A stretch of DNA of 64,000 nucleotides, from positions 62,001 to 126,000 of the forward strand of contig CBFFRQ010000061.1 in assembly GCA_965644315.1 (NCBI GenBank). Reading direction: 5' to 3'. Below, in pieces: positions 34,501 to 44,906 of this stretch. This DNA is from Caecitellus pseudoparvulus (lineage: Eukaryota > Protista > Bigyra: Bicosoecida). The position numbers were made by a program, and so were the translations under genes. The notes below the pieces were generated by a model. It was not told the DNA's origin. It did not search any database and worked only from the letters and a program-made list of their open reading frames with translations. Position 1 is the stretch's first letter; each line of letters begins with the position of its first letter.

Positions 34501-37500
34501 GCCACCCCACATGCGGCACGGTGCCACGCGCACGTCCACTGTAGTGGCGCATGGCTCCCCCCTGCCTAGCAGCTCTGGGGACGGTGACAGGAAGGAGACA
34601 CCTGCTGCTGCACCGACGAACACGCAGAGCAGGCGCGCTCGCTTTGCTGCCGCCGCCAGCAGTGCCCCGGCAGAGCACTCTGACACGCCCAAGCGAGGGA
34701 GCCAGAGCGGCCAAATGCTGCGCACAGCCATGTCCAAGAGCCGTCGGTACTTGTTCGGGGCCACTGTCGACGAAGAAGCCAAGGCGTATGCCAAGCGCGA
34801 ACGCCGAGACAAGGCACACATGACTGCCGTGTCCATGCGACACCTGCCCCTGGGTGGGGGCAAGCGTGCTTCCATCCGCATGACAGAGAGCATCGCCGCC
34901 ATCAAGGGCGTCCTGACAGAGTTTGGGCTGCATGCGCTCAACGCTGTGGCCACACACGAACGCCTCGTCGCCCGCCGCCTGGTGGTGTGCCTGCTGCTCA
35001 TGGTAGGCATCGCATGCCATGCAGTCGCCTCCATCTACCTGCCACAGCTGGCAGTGCGCGAGAAGAACACGCCTCAGGCCCAAATCGGCCTGTTCTGTGT
35101 GTACAAGGCCGTGTGTCTCGCGCTGTTCCACTTGCTCATCACCGTCCTGCCCTGGTACGCCCGCACTGGCATGGCTGGGCCGCCACGCTCATCAACTGCG
35201 TCCATCCTCGGAACAACAGCTGGTGCCTGCCTCCGGTGCTGCTCCGCCGTTGCCTGCTTTGAAGAGCAGGAAGGGGGCGTCAACCGGCCTCGAGCAGAGT
35301 CCGCGCCAGGTGTGCGCCGGCGAGTGCAACCAGGTGCCCTGTCAAGCTCCCCTGCTCAAGTGTGTGCCAGGCGGACATGTGGGGGCATTTGCTTTGGTTG
35401 TGCCCCCCGCAGCATCCCCGCCTGGAACATTGACGCCCAGTGGCTAGGGGTGCTGCTGTGGCCGGTGAATTTCAGAGCATTCTACGGCTCAAGTGGCCGC
35501 TTGGAGGCGCTGTCATCCTTGGTGCCTGACCCCTGGTTCAACACGGCAGTCATCACGTACACTTCCTTCCTGCTACACCTCTTGGAAACCCTTGGCTTCC
35601 TCAGCATGACGCCTGACATTGCCTCCAACGGCACCTTTGCTGCCGTCCTGATCATCGAGCTGCTGTCCTTGGGTGTTGTGCACTTTTCCTGGCTGCAGGT
35701 GTCCTGGCGTGACGTGTTCATCTACGGACACTCGTGGTACGGGCTGGTGTTGAAGGCGCAGGATGACCAGTACATGCGCGATCCGTCCGATGAGGGGCAC
35801 GACACGTGCTCCTTCGTCGGCCCCTTCCTGCGCCGCATCGCCATGGTGCTGGCCATGACCCCTCGCATGGCAGACCTGGAGCTGTGGACTGTCTTGGCTG
35901 ATGTGTCGGCAGAGGTGGACACAGATGCCCTCGGTGCCATGAACGCGTGGGTGCAGCACCAAGGTGCAGCCGCTACACGCCTGGCAGTCGGCGTGCCTGC
36001 CAGTGCACCCCAGCACGCCACCGCTGTCTCTGCGGGCGATGATTCAGTGCAAGTGCGTGTTCCGTATGTGCCACCACTGCCATCCAGGCGGCAGCAGATG
36101 TTCTGCTGCGGCTGCTGTGCCTGTCCACGTGCCGTGCAGCAGACCTGTGGCCGGCCAGCGTATGCGACGGAGGCCGAAGCCACCGCCGCAGAACATGACG
36201 CACTGGTGAAGAGTGTGGGGGAAGCAGATGTTATTTCTGCCATGTGGCGGGCGGCAGTGTCTGGCGCAGCGCGTGGCGGGCGCCTGGCAGCAGCACGGTG
36301 CGTGCAAATGCTCGCCGCGGGCGACGGCACAGAGCTGAACTTGGCAGAGCTGTTTGACGGTGACCCGCCCAAAGTCGGCGGCGGCACCCTACAGCGAGAT
36401 CGATCTTGCACAAGCTCCAGTCTGAGCGAGGGCTGGGTGGTGGACGAGGACGGCAAGGCAGGGTTGGGCCTGTGGTCCCCCAGGGCGGGTACGATGCAGA
36501 CGCCCACACGGGCGCTGCGACTGAGCCAAGAGGAGGGTGTTCTTCCCATTGACCCCGTAGACCACGCACAGACACCGCCCGAGCAAGCACCCGCTGCTGC
36601 ATCCCAACCTGCAGCTGACCGTCGGACCCGCGCTCGGACAGCCAGCCAGCGCAAGCTGGACTCTCCCTCTGAGGGGGATGAGGCAGTCAACAGCGACTCC
36701 TCACCTGACTCCCCCAGTGACTCTAAAGAGAGCGTGTCCAGTTCCAATCCGCTCGTCGTGGCCACGCCTTCTGAGACGGCTGACGAGGTGCCAGAGAGCA
36801 CTGTTGTGAACCCCTTGGCGGCAGCCTCCACAACTTCCAGTGGTGGCTTGGAAGGCAGTGCGGATGGACCTGCTCCCGCTGGTGACAGCAAAAAAACACC
36901 GCCCACCGACGCCGCGGCTGCCACTGCGGACTCCCACTCCAGCGCCCCTCAACCTGGAGATGGCATGCAGCTCAATCCCATGGCTGCGGCACTGCGGAAA
37001 GCAAGGAAGGGCAGCGCCGCTGGCGACGCAGGGGCAGCTGCAGCATCGCCGAGCGCTGGCGAGACGCCTGCTGCGCCAAGTGAGGATGAGGGTCTCGGCA
37101 AGCACCACGATGACACCAAGCGCATGCGAGGCATGAAACTCTTCGCACGGGCGGCGTCTTCTCGCGGCCGGGGCCGAGGCCGGCGCCGCCGTGCGAGCTT
37201 GGCTGTCACCACCGCCCAGAATGGTGCAACCAGTGCCAGCACGCCCCGACTGGTGCTGGAGGGTGGCGAGGGGGGGCCACGACGCAGCTTCGACGGGGGG
37301 CAGGCAGATGCTGCCTTTCTGAAGCAAGTAGACGCCATGCGCCGAACGGAACGGAGCAAGCGGGACAGCTCCGCCCTGCTCTCGACCCCCATGGGCGGCG
37401 GCATGGACTTGGTGGGGCATGAGGAGCGCCGAGCCGCCCCTGCACCCACCAGGACCAGACCACAGGGGAGGCAAGCCTCGCGCCAGCAGCAGGCACCTCT

Positions 37501-38953
37501 CAAACAGCAGGCTCCTCTCCAACAGCAAGCGCCTCGCCAGCGCCGGGCCTCCGTTCTCATGCGAGCTGCAGTGGCCCACAAGCGATCTGCACCTCCGTTG
37601 TCAGGTGGGCCTCCGGACGAGGCTCCCCCTCCGGAAGCAGCGCCCACTCCAGGCAGCGCCAGCAAACCCAGCAACAAGAGCCACAAGTACCGTCTGTCTG
37701 CTCTAGCACCACCTCCGCAACCCAGGGACGGCTGTGAGCCTGGGGCGGGGCCCAGTACCCCACACAGCCTGATGGTGGGTGCCGCGCTTGCGCGTGTTCC
37801 AGAGGGCTTTGACTCCGACTCGTCTGACAGCTCAGACTCCCCCAACTCAGACACGCGCGGCAAGGCAACCGCCCCGACAGTGGAAGATGAGGGGGGGAAG
37901 CCACGCGCCAGCCCCCCTCCCCCTCCTTCCCGTGGAGACGGTGCCGCTCACATGGCTGCATTGGCTGCACGGCACGGCAGAGCGCCACCGGCGGCGCCGA
38001 GCCGAACAGGAGCTCACACAGCCAAGCAGGGCGTGGTGACACGCGCAGCCTCGCCTGGCGGCGCCTCCCGCGCCCCTCCCCACATGCGCAGCAGCTCCGC
38101 GGACAGGTTCTCCAGAGTGCGTGCCGGCTCAGCTGCGGCACGGGCATCGTACATGGCCCCAGTGTCTGCTATCATGCCGTCTCCCCACAGTGGCGCTCGT
38201 CGCAGCAAGGGCAGGACTTCCATCCTGCCCACCTCCAGAGGCAAGCGCCAGTCTGTGCGCCCCTCGCTGCGGGGAGCTGCAGGGGTGGGAGGCAGGACCC
38301 CCAAGCGTGAGGAGGATGCAGGTTCGCCGTCTGAGCGGGAGCTGGTGACGATCCGGGTTGCGCCGCCGCCTGACGCGACCGCTGGTGCGGCTGCGGCACG
38401 TGATCGGCGCCGGGTGTCCACGCACGAGGCGCCCCCCCACGATGCGCAAGGATCGGTGGATGCCGCGCTGCAGAGCGCAGTGGACGCCCAAGGGCAGCAC
38501 TTTCATTTTTCTCGCTTCCTGTCGTCCATGGGCGCGGAGCAACGGCACTCACTCATCTTGCAAGCCTGGGCACTGGCACAAGCCCAGCAAACGCTGCTGG
38601 GCTGCCTGGCAATCACGCTTGTGCCGACGGTGTTCATTGTCACGCTCGGACTCATGTTGCTCAGCGACAACAAGCACGTCTTCTCCTTCAGAGCTGCAGA
38701 GCTTTCCCAGGTGGAGAACGGCTTTTGGTACTGCGGCATCAGCCTCGCCGCATACTGCATCGTCGCCCTCATCTTCGCCAGCCGACTGCACTCCCGCTTC
38801 AACCTGCAGATCTCAGGGCAAGTTTCAGCACTGCTCAGTGCCCGCCACCTCATCATCATCACATGGACATTCCTCTTCCTCTTCGCTGTGCATTACCTTG
38901 TGCAGCGGTCGCCAGCCAGCATTCTGCCGTGGGCTGAGCGGACTGCCAGCTGA
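31583..38953 (+). CDS. Very large uncharacterised polytopic membrane protein (2456 aa) with Cys-rich and disordered inserts
   Basis: Uninterrupted ORF with about 10-12 hydrophobic helices in clusters, separated by long low-complexity loops. No family recognised. Confidence 0.7.
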   Translation: MASRRRSSIFDPSTPRMRVSASPSRRRATSRQSISVALGAFAAAGAKPLASGPSLPAAGSTGSHRNRPLHGSSGPSSSPAHGRSGPALTSTPSMRPKVGLPGQADRVLKRARCGSVVPQTFTARLAEAQAKPAAAYTAPRATAERIGKRLSHVMRLASASIYRKASLTDADAEERGLADAQTSFTLKALGPGQLRWLVQEIVLNDEIGVMTLLGETQCLVERLFGAVGQGLLPVDEQCDRFDFGLELAAAGGWTGVLRSVDDPAHSQWWFTWQNNMRNAALIAAEAAEEAGPAPSKAQDALSTLSGATGSSDGSAGSSSPQLRGKSVGRMPKSLARFDSSRSILSSDGKDGGAAPSDQPAPLAKLLPGKVYSLVPAWQEYTTEHGANALSSPGLLFTTFTAYFAPDLAEALFPARPGTVAACACNRTCPAAALAWLLGGCHVDGWASPALSPFHCVVSLWRGACACCAPSRCNVSCGNPALALRPRYSRPGEGGGEAARIALLQAAVAAKLPATPSASFLATHNGLNAPHSEAGDQDKDEKQDAGGLSTLAEVAEEGDADDTAALPLGPLPTDAPAVQLQPPPGATLARWAGLWCFLMFTIATLAFALTQYPAQLDAIPADVYLTRTDRRAQAANQTTPDAQLGPGADLQQPHSPLQAYLTSLTGIATLIRSCIVMFGVVLSLDAPMVLVSSAYSHPRLPLRLACFGHITKALLATALVVVLPWLALTNDAVGDALPDAMGGLILILPFVLPGVGQALRTVLYALSPWCSVAGVGSPSCWRQGRLCLSGQGAMHSGLFCHSSPCLCCACGCFPGGDEDTAACCCGPCLGCAQGNTSSARRVRVQSFSAKKSGQRVNKAEALRSSRPRTSLKGARTQVGSASAVTWALDAHLVTPSPTQGVEMAPCSRKSRSSQMSDVPMRRDGQGPDRAASRASRAVANPLHAARGGAPGLRGGLKGGGRSSSPRRRRSSVSEPPHMRHGATRTSTVVAHGSPLPSSSGDGDRKETPAAAPTNTQSRRARFAAAASSAPAEHSDTPKRGSQSGQMLRTAMSKSRRYLFGATVDEEAKAYAKRERRDKAHMTAVSMRHLPLGGGKRASIRMTESIAAIKGVLTEFGLHALNAVATHERLVARRLVVCLLLMVGIACHAVASIYLPQLAVREKNTPQAQIGLFCVYKAVCLALFHLLITVLPWYARTGMAGPPRSSTASILGTTAGACLRCCSAVACFEEQEGGVNRPRAESAPGVRRRVQPGALSSSPAQVCARRTCGGICFGCAPRSIPAWNIDAQWLGVLLWPVNFRAFYGSSGRLEALSSLVPDPWFNTAVITYTSFLLHLLETLGFLSMTPDIASNGTFAAVLIIELLSLGVVHFSWLQVSWRDVFIYGHSWYGLVLKAQDDQYMRDPSDEGHDTCSFVGPFLRRIAMVLAMTPRMADLELWTVLADVSAEVDTDALGAMNAWVQHQGAAATRLAVGVPASAPQHATAVSAGDDSVQVRVPYVPPLPSRRQQMFCCGCCACPRAVQQTCGRPAYATEAEATAAEHDALVKSVGEADVISAMWRAAVSGAARGGRLAAARCVQMLAAGDGTELNLAELFDGDPPKVGGGTLQRDRSCTSSSLSEGWVVDEDGKAGLGLWSPRAGTMQTPTRALRLSQEEGVLPIDPVDHAQTPPEQAPAAASQPAADRRTRARTASQRKLDSPSEGDEAVNSDSSPDSPSDSKESVSSSNPLVVATPSETADEVPESTVVNPLAAASTTSSGGLEGSADGPAPAGDSKKTPPTDAAAATADSHSSAPQPGDGMQLNPMAAALRKARKGSAAGDAGAAAASPSAGETPAAPSEDEGLGKHHDDTKRMRGMKLFARAASSRGRGRGRRRRASLAVTTAQNGATSASTPRLVLEGGEGGPRRSFDGGQADAAFLKQVDAMRRTERSKRDSSALLSTPMGGGMDLVGHEERRAAPAPTRTRPQGRQASRQQQAPLKQQAPLQQQAPRQRRASVLMRAAVAHKRSAPPLSGGPPDEAPPPEAAPTPGSASKPSNKSHKYRLSALAPPPQPRDGCEPGAGPSTPHSLMVGAALARVPEGFDSDSSDSSDSPNSDTRGKATAPTVEDEGGKPRASPPPPPSRGDGAAHMAALAARHGRAPPAAPSRTGAHTAKQGVVTRAASPGGASRAPPHMRSSSADRFSRVRAGSAAARASYMAPVSAIMPSPHSGARRSKGRTSILPTSRGKRQSVRPSLRGAAGVGGRTPKREEDAGSPSERELVTIRVAPPPDATAGAAAARDRRRVSTHEAPPHDAQGSVDAALQSAVDAQGQHFHFSRFLSSMGAEQRHSLILQAWALAQAQQTLLGCLAITLVPTVFIVTLGLMLLSDNKHVFSFRAAELSQVENGFWYCGISLAAYCIVALIFASRLHSRFNLQISGQVSALLSARHLIIITWTFLFLFAVHYLVQRSPASILPWAERTAS

Positions 38954-38959
38954 GGCGGC

Positions 38960-41397
38960 TCACTGGGTGTGCTGGCAGGTGTCAAACACCCACGTCTCGG
39001 GGCGCCCCGAGTCCCCGTACGGGCAAAGGCCGCCGACAAACGTTCGCAGTACATACAGGCTGCCCGCCAGCGCCCCTGCCGCAACAATGAATGTGTAGTA
39101 TTTGAAGCGCGTCTCCCACGCTCGCAGCAGGCGAATGGAAAACAGCTCCATGCGCAGTGCAGCCAGCACCCACAGGTCCGCTGAGGCTGGCCGGCCGCTC
39201 ACGCTTTGTAGGGTGGGAGAAGGGCTCGAGTGCGATTCATGGGGTGCTGCTGTGTGGTGGGTGGGCGTCTGCACGTCGCTTGGGTTGCGGGGCTCGCCAG
39301 CTGGAGTGTACAGGCCAGAGCAGCTGCCAGAAGTTGCGGGCCATGAGCCATCTTGGGTGCCTTGGAGGGACCTTGTGGATGTGGCGGGCGGCAAAGCGCC
39401 CTGCGTCTGCCCGGGGACTTGGGCATTGAACGCGCTGGCCCGCGACTGCTGCAGCACCAGAGCCAGCGGAACGGGCTCCCACACAAACTCCGTCTCCCAC
39501 TGCACCTCCTGCTGCAGTTCAGCCCTTAGGTTTGCCCGAGCCACTTCCACAGATCTTGAGTGGGGACTCAGACATACCGGTGAGCAACTGCAAAACGCTG
39601 CTTGGGCAGGGGGACCCTGAGACTCTGATCTAGTAGGCTGTGGAGAGGCAGGCGTCGAACCAGCTTCCCCTCCCTTGAGCACGCTCTCCTTTTCCTGTAC
39701 AGCTCCGCGCCCAACTGCCGGTTGGGCGTCATCCAACACAACTGGCGCCTGGGGCTCAGCAGATGCGATCGTCACGCGGGAGATTGAGCCGCGGGAAGGC
39801 ATTCGAGTGGAGCTCCACCGACGGGTGGGCAGCAGCAAGAATCGCGAAGACGCTCGAGGGGTCGAGTCTGCTTGCGCTGCAATGCAAGACTGCATGTCTG
39901 ATGCAGTGACAGAGTTGTACTGCACTCCACAACACCGCACCATGGCATAGTACCCGAGCGCATACCCGACATCGGTGAGGGACTCGATGACGAGCTGCAG
40001 AATGACTCGGACCACAACGTCCCAGGCGGACAGCGGCGTGCCGCCGGGTATGGGGGGAATTCTGAAGACGAGGGTGACGGGAAGCGACAGGAGGATGCCA
40101 ATGTCCTCAAACATTGTCTCCAGCAACATAAACTGTACCCACGCACGGTTCTCAGGTCGCCCATGCTTGCGCTTCCGGTCCAGCCCGCCACACATTCGCC
40201 CGCAGCACTGCACGTAGCAGTCGTCGCGCGCGAGCATGCTCATGCGCATGAGGAGCTCGATGCCTGACAGCAAGATCGACACGCCCACTGTCTCCCATAG
40301 CGTTTCCATATTTGTGGCCAAGAAGCGGCCCACCATGGAGGAGAGCACGACGGGGCCCAGCATCGCCGTCAGCATGCGGTCCAGTGGGAAGTCGCCCTCC
40401 ATCCAGAACCGCGCCGCCGTGCGCACAGCACCCACTGGGATCTCAATCAGGAGCGGGAAGGCGACCAGGCGGATGATGATGCGAGTTGAGCTGGAGCCTG
40501 TGCTGAATGCTGGCGTCACAAACTCGAGAAGCACGACGGCCACGATGCTGGTCAGCAAGAGGGAGAGCAGGGACAGCTTGATCGGGCTGCTGACCAGTCC
40601 CTTGAGAACCCCACTGTACATGTACGGGGTCACCCACGCCGGGATGACTTGCACAATAAAACCCCCCAGCAGGATGACGGACCTGGCCACGTCGCGCTGT
40701 GCCTCAGACTGCGGCAGGGACAACCAGTACAGGGAGCCCCCGAACACGAGCATGGTGGGCAGGACACCGGAGAGGAACACGTACAGGACACGGTCCCACC
40801 GCACCCACTTGAAATTTGCAAAGTGCATGGTCACCATGGTCGTCAAACACAGCCCGGATAGCGTGCTGCCGACACCCGTGAAGAGGATGTCGTGCCACAG
40901 CTGTGGCTCGGACAGCGGCGTGTCGGTGGACAGCAGCCCCGAAATGATGCCTGCATACTGCGTCCCATTTGAGGATACTTCGATGCCTTGCTGGACTGCG
41001 CAGGTCCAAGGGCGGCAGGCGGTGTGCTCCCTGTGCAGAGGCCTGCGCCCCCGCTTGCCGTCGTTGCCGGCGCTTGCGAGCGAAGAGCACCAGAGCCAGT
41101 GCCTGCTCAGCAACCAACGCACCTGCGAACTTCCACTTCCCCGTGCTATACGCGTACTGCAAGCCGACAGAGGCACTCAAGAGTATGCCTAGAGAAAGAG
41201 TCAGAAACTTCACCTCCACCGCGTGCCGCCTGTGTTGTGCAGGCGATGCCAAGGGGCGGTGTGCGGGACAGGTCGCTGGGACCTTGGCAACCTGCCCCAG
41301 CGAAAGCCCAGCGTACGCACAGGGTTTTCCACAGGAGAGCTTCAGGGGCGTTCCCAGCGTAGAACATGTTCTTCGTAGGCATTGAGGATGTCATCAT
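38960..41397 (-). CDS. Uncharacterised polytopic membrane protein
   Basis: ORF 38960..41176 has about 9-10 TM helices. 5' exons join through gtgcgt...gcag introns. The start codon is uncertain. Confidence 0.7.
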
Positions 41398-41800
41398 GTC
41401 CCCTTCCAGGCCTCAAGGGCAGGCTGGGCAGGCGCTAAGCAATCGACCTCCGCTCGCCGCCGCCTTTCCCCGCAGAGATGAGAAAGCCCCACCCAGTCTG
41501 GAGATCTCCACCTCGCGGGTGGTGCTGTTCTTAAGCGGGGCCCTGGACTGCTGCTGAAGCCGGAGCTTGCGGGTCAAGCTGCTGGGGGCGCTTGGGGGTT
41601 GCTGGGTTTTGTCCGCAATTTCCTTGTGCTGGAAGGGCACTTGCTGCTTCCTCCTTCCACGTCACCTTGCTGTGGAAGCGCTGAGCACGCTCACCGCACG
41701 AGCAAGGCGCGGCACAGTGACGATGGGGTGCCACATTGCAGGGACACACAAATTACCCACACTGTCTGGCAGAAGCCCTCCCAGGTCCACGCCTTCCACC

Positions 41801-44763
41801 ATGGCTGCCCGGCGGACTGGCGCTCGAGGCCGCGGCCCGCACGCGTTGCATCAGGCCGCACCTGCAGCAACTGGCGCTGGCGCCGTGCAGGCTGCCCTCA
41901 AACGGGCGTTCTCCACTGGCAGCACGGTGCTGGCAAACTTGGGGCTTGGGGAATGGCCTGCAGCACTCTTTGATCCTTCAGTGCTGGCAGAGGAGGCGGA
42001 CAAGTGGTGGGAAGTCGCAGCTTTGACCAAGGTGGACGCCAGTGGCAATCAGTTGACCAGCCTGCCCGACTCGATCCAAGCACTGAAAGAGCTCGTCGTG
42101 CTCATCCTGCACCACAATGCGATCGGTTACGTGTCCCCTGCAGTGGGAGCCTTGGAAGCGCTGCAGGTTCTTGATCTCGGCAGGTACGGCACCTGACCCG
42201 AGCTGGCGTTACTCTGGCGTTACACGTTTTCCGCACCAGCACGCCTTCCCTCGCGATGCAGCAACGCTTTGCAAAGCATTCCTGAAGATATTGGGTACTG
42301 TACTTCACTCCGCAAGCTTGTAGTGAGCGGAAATCCAGGACTGGATTCCCTCCCTTCCAGCCTGGCTGAGCTGGTGCACCTGGACACACTGCACGCAGCG
42401 GGATGTAGGCTGCAGGCCCTGCCAGCGTCTCTGGGTGCCTGCACGGCCTTGCAGCATGTGGACGTGTCCATGAATGCGTTGTCTTCCCTTCCATCCACAA
42501 TGGCGGATTGCACTGCCCTTGTGCAGCTGGACGCGTCTCGGAACCGCCTGGCAGACTTGCCGCCTGGTCTCATGGCCAAGTGGCACGCTCTGGCAGTGCT
42601 GAACCTGCGCGAAAACAGGCTACGCACTTTCCCCACTCTGCCAGCTGGCACGTGCCTGCACACGCTGCAGCTTGGTTTCAACGCTCTGGCTGGGCCGGTT
42701 GCTGGGGACGCTCTGCTGCCCGCCAGTGGGCTTGGTGTGCTGGACTTGTCAGGTACGTGGCGCTGAGGGCAGTTGCCCAGGCAGGCAGCAGCGCTGCTCA
42801 CCCCAAGTGCCTGCAGCACGCCATGGCACCCCTCTCCTTTTCCACAGACAATGCCATCACTGAGCTGGACCAGAACCTGTGGCTCCTCACCGCTCTGCAC
42901 ACGCTGGACCTGCGCAACAACGACTTGAACGGCCTGCCGCCCACACTGGGCTTCGCGCCTGCTCTCACACGGGTATCTCTTGAAGGCAACCCCTTGCGCT
43001 CCATTCGCCGCTCCCTCGTCTCTGGCTCCGTGGAGTCGCTGAAGGGTTTTCTGCGTTCCCGGGCATCCGAGGCGCTGGCTGCAGCCTGTGAAGCCACGCT
43101 GGCCCAGCAGGCTGGTGCTCCTGGGACCTCGGAGGGGGCCCAAGCGACAACGTACACTGGTGGTGCAGGGTCGGGTTCCTTTGACGCCCTGCATGACGCA
43201 CGGGATGCGACTGCATCGGGCGTGCTGGACCTGAGCGGGAGGCAACTGCCCGAGGTGCCAGCACCTGTGTGGGCCGCGCTGGCTCAACTCAACGCCCAGG
43301 CGCAGGACACGAGCGGCGCCTCACTGGGACCTGATGGCAAAGAGCTGACTGGAGGGGCGCTGGTGTTCGGTGGGGGTCGCAGCGGCTACGCGGGCGGGCA
43401 GGTGCAGGCGCGTGGCACGAACGCCATCCACACGTTGGACTTTTCAGGGAACGCCCTGGCAGACGCGGCAGACGGAGACACGCAGCACATCCTGCCCTTC
43501 AACGCGCCCGAGTTCCTCCCCGCCGTCACGTGCGTGCGGCTGGCCGGCAACGCTGCCCTGTCCCTGCTGCCACCCCCCCTGGGAGCCTTTGCCCGTCTCA
43601 GCGTGTTGGACATCAGCGACACACGGCTGCGATGGGAGGGGCTGGATGGCGTGCTGATGGTGCCAGATGCAGAGGGCGGCATGGCGCCTGCCCCCGCCTG
43701 TGCCACCTTGCGCGAGCTGCGAGCGAGCCGGTGCGACCTGCGCCGCATGCCCTCGGCACTCGCCCTGTGCCCCCGCCTGGCCGTGCTGGACCTGTCTTAC
43801 AACAGCATTGACGTGGAGGAGGGTGTGGATGATGACACGCTGCTGCTGCCGAGCCTGACAGTGCTGAACCTCAGCAACAACCGCCTCTCCTGCGTTCCAT
43901 CGCCACTCCTCGCACTGCCCCGCCTCAGCCAGCTGAACCTGGAGAACAACAACATCTCGCACGTCCCTCCCGCCCTGGGCACGGCATCCCAGCTCAAGGC
44001 CCTGCAACTGGCAGGGAACCCCAGTCGCCTCTTGCGACCTGCTGTCCTGGCCAAGGGCACTCCTGCCATCCTGGACTTCCTCTGCAGCCGCCTGCCGCCA
44101 GGAGACCCCGCCGCTGAAAGCGCTGCCAAGCTGCGGTCACAGCTGGAGCAGACCCTGCAGCAGCGCGAAGCGCAGGAGAGTGCCGCAGCCGCGGCAGCAG
44201 CGGCGGCAGCTGCCGAGGCCACGTATGACCGCAGCATCGCGGGGAAGATTGGTGCCTCACACGCTGGAGCTGGCCGCAGCATGGCAACTGCCATTCCAGC
44301 ACACGGCAGCTCAGGTCCACGAGCACTTGGCAGCGGGCACTCTGCAGGCCCTTCCAGTGCTCTGCATGCCCCCCCGTCCCACCGAGAGCGTCAGCCTCGG
44401 GAGTACCAGGAGCACCCAACCCGAGTAGCGCAGCCGGAGAAACACGCTCACTCACACCAGCACCCGGCAGTGCACCTTGACCCTGGCCGGTACCGAGCGC
44501 CAGTCGCAGCAGCTACATCGCAGCCAGCGCAGCCTGCCTCTGAACGACCGCTGCCACACCAGGCAGCACAGCAGGCGGCCCCCGCTCGCCAAGACGCCGC
44601 AGCGCCGTCACGGTCGGAACGTGACATCGCACAGGACATGCTGCGTGTGGAGGGGCAGCTGTCAGGGGGCGGGGTGTCCAAGGTGAGGGCAATGAGTCTC
44701 AAGCGAGAGCTGGCGAAGCTGCGCGCAGAGCTGAGTGCGCGGCGCAATGGTGGCCGCAGGTGA
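41801..44763 (+). CDS. Leucine-rich repeat protein (LRRC40-like)
   Basis: DKWWEVAALTKVDASGNQLTSLP, many LxxLxLxxNxL repeats, LEGNPLRSIRRSLVSG...LKGFLRSR and LAGNP...AVLAKGTPAILDFL. Introns at about 42183-42261 and 42753-42848. Confidence 0.85.
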
Positions 44764-44906
44764 AGCATCGGCGTGCATTGTCCGGCGAGGATGGCGTCCA
44801 AAGTGCCACCACAGGAGTCAGTAGAGCGGCAGCGTGACAATGCAAGAGGGTCCCGTAGGCGCGCAGGTGACGTGCACCGGGAGACAAGCGTGCAGTTCCA
44901 CCGCGC

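Noticed and set aside
41000-41125. Possible GC-AG intron in the 738-aa membrane gene
   Set aside because: A canonical gtgcgt donor slightly upstream gives the same reading phase.
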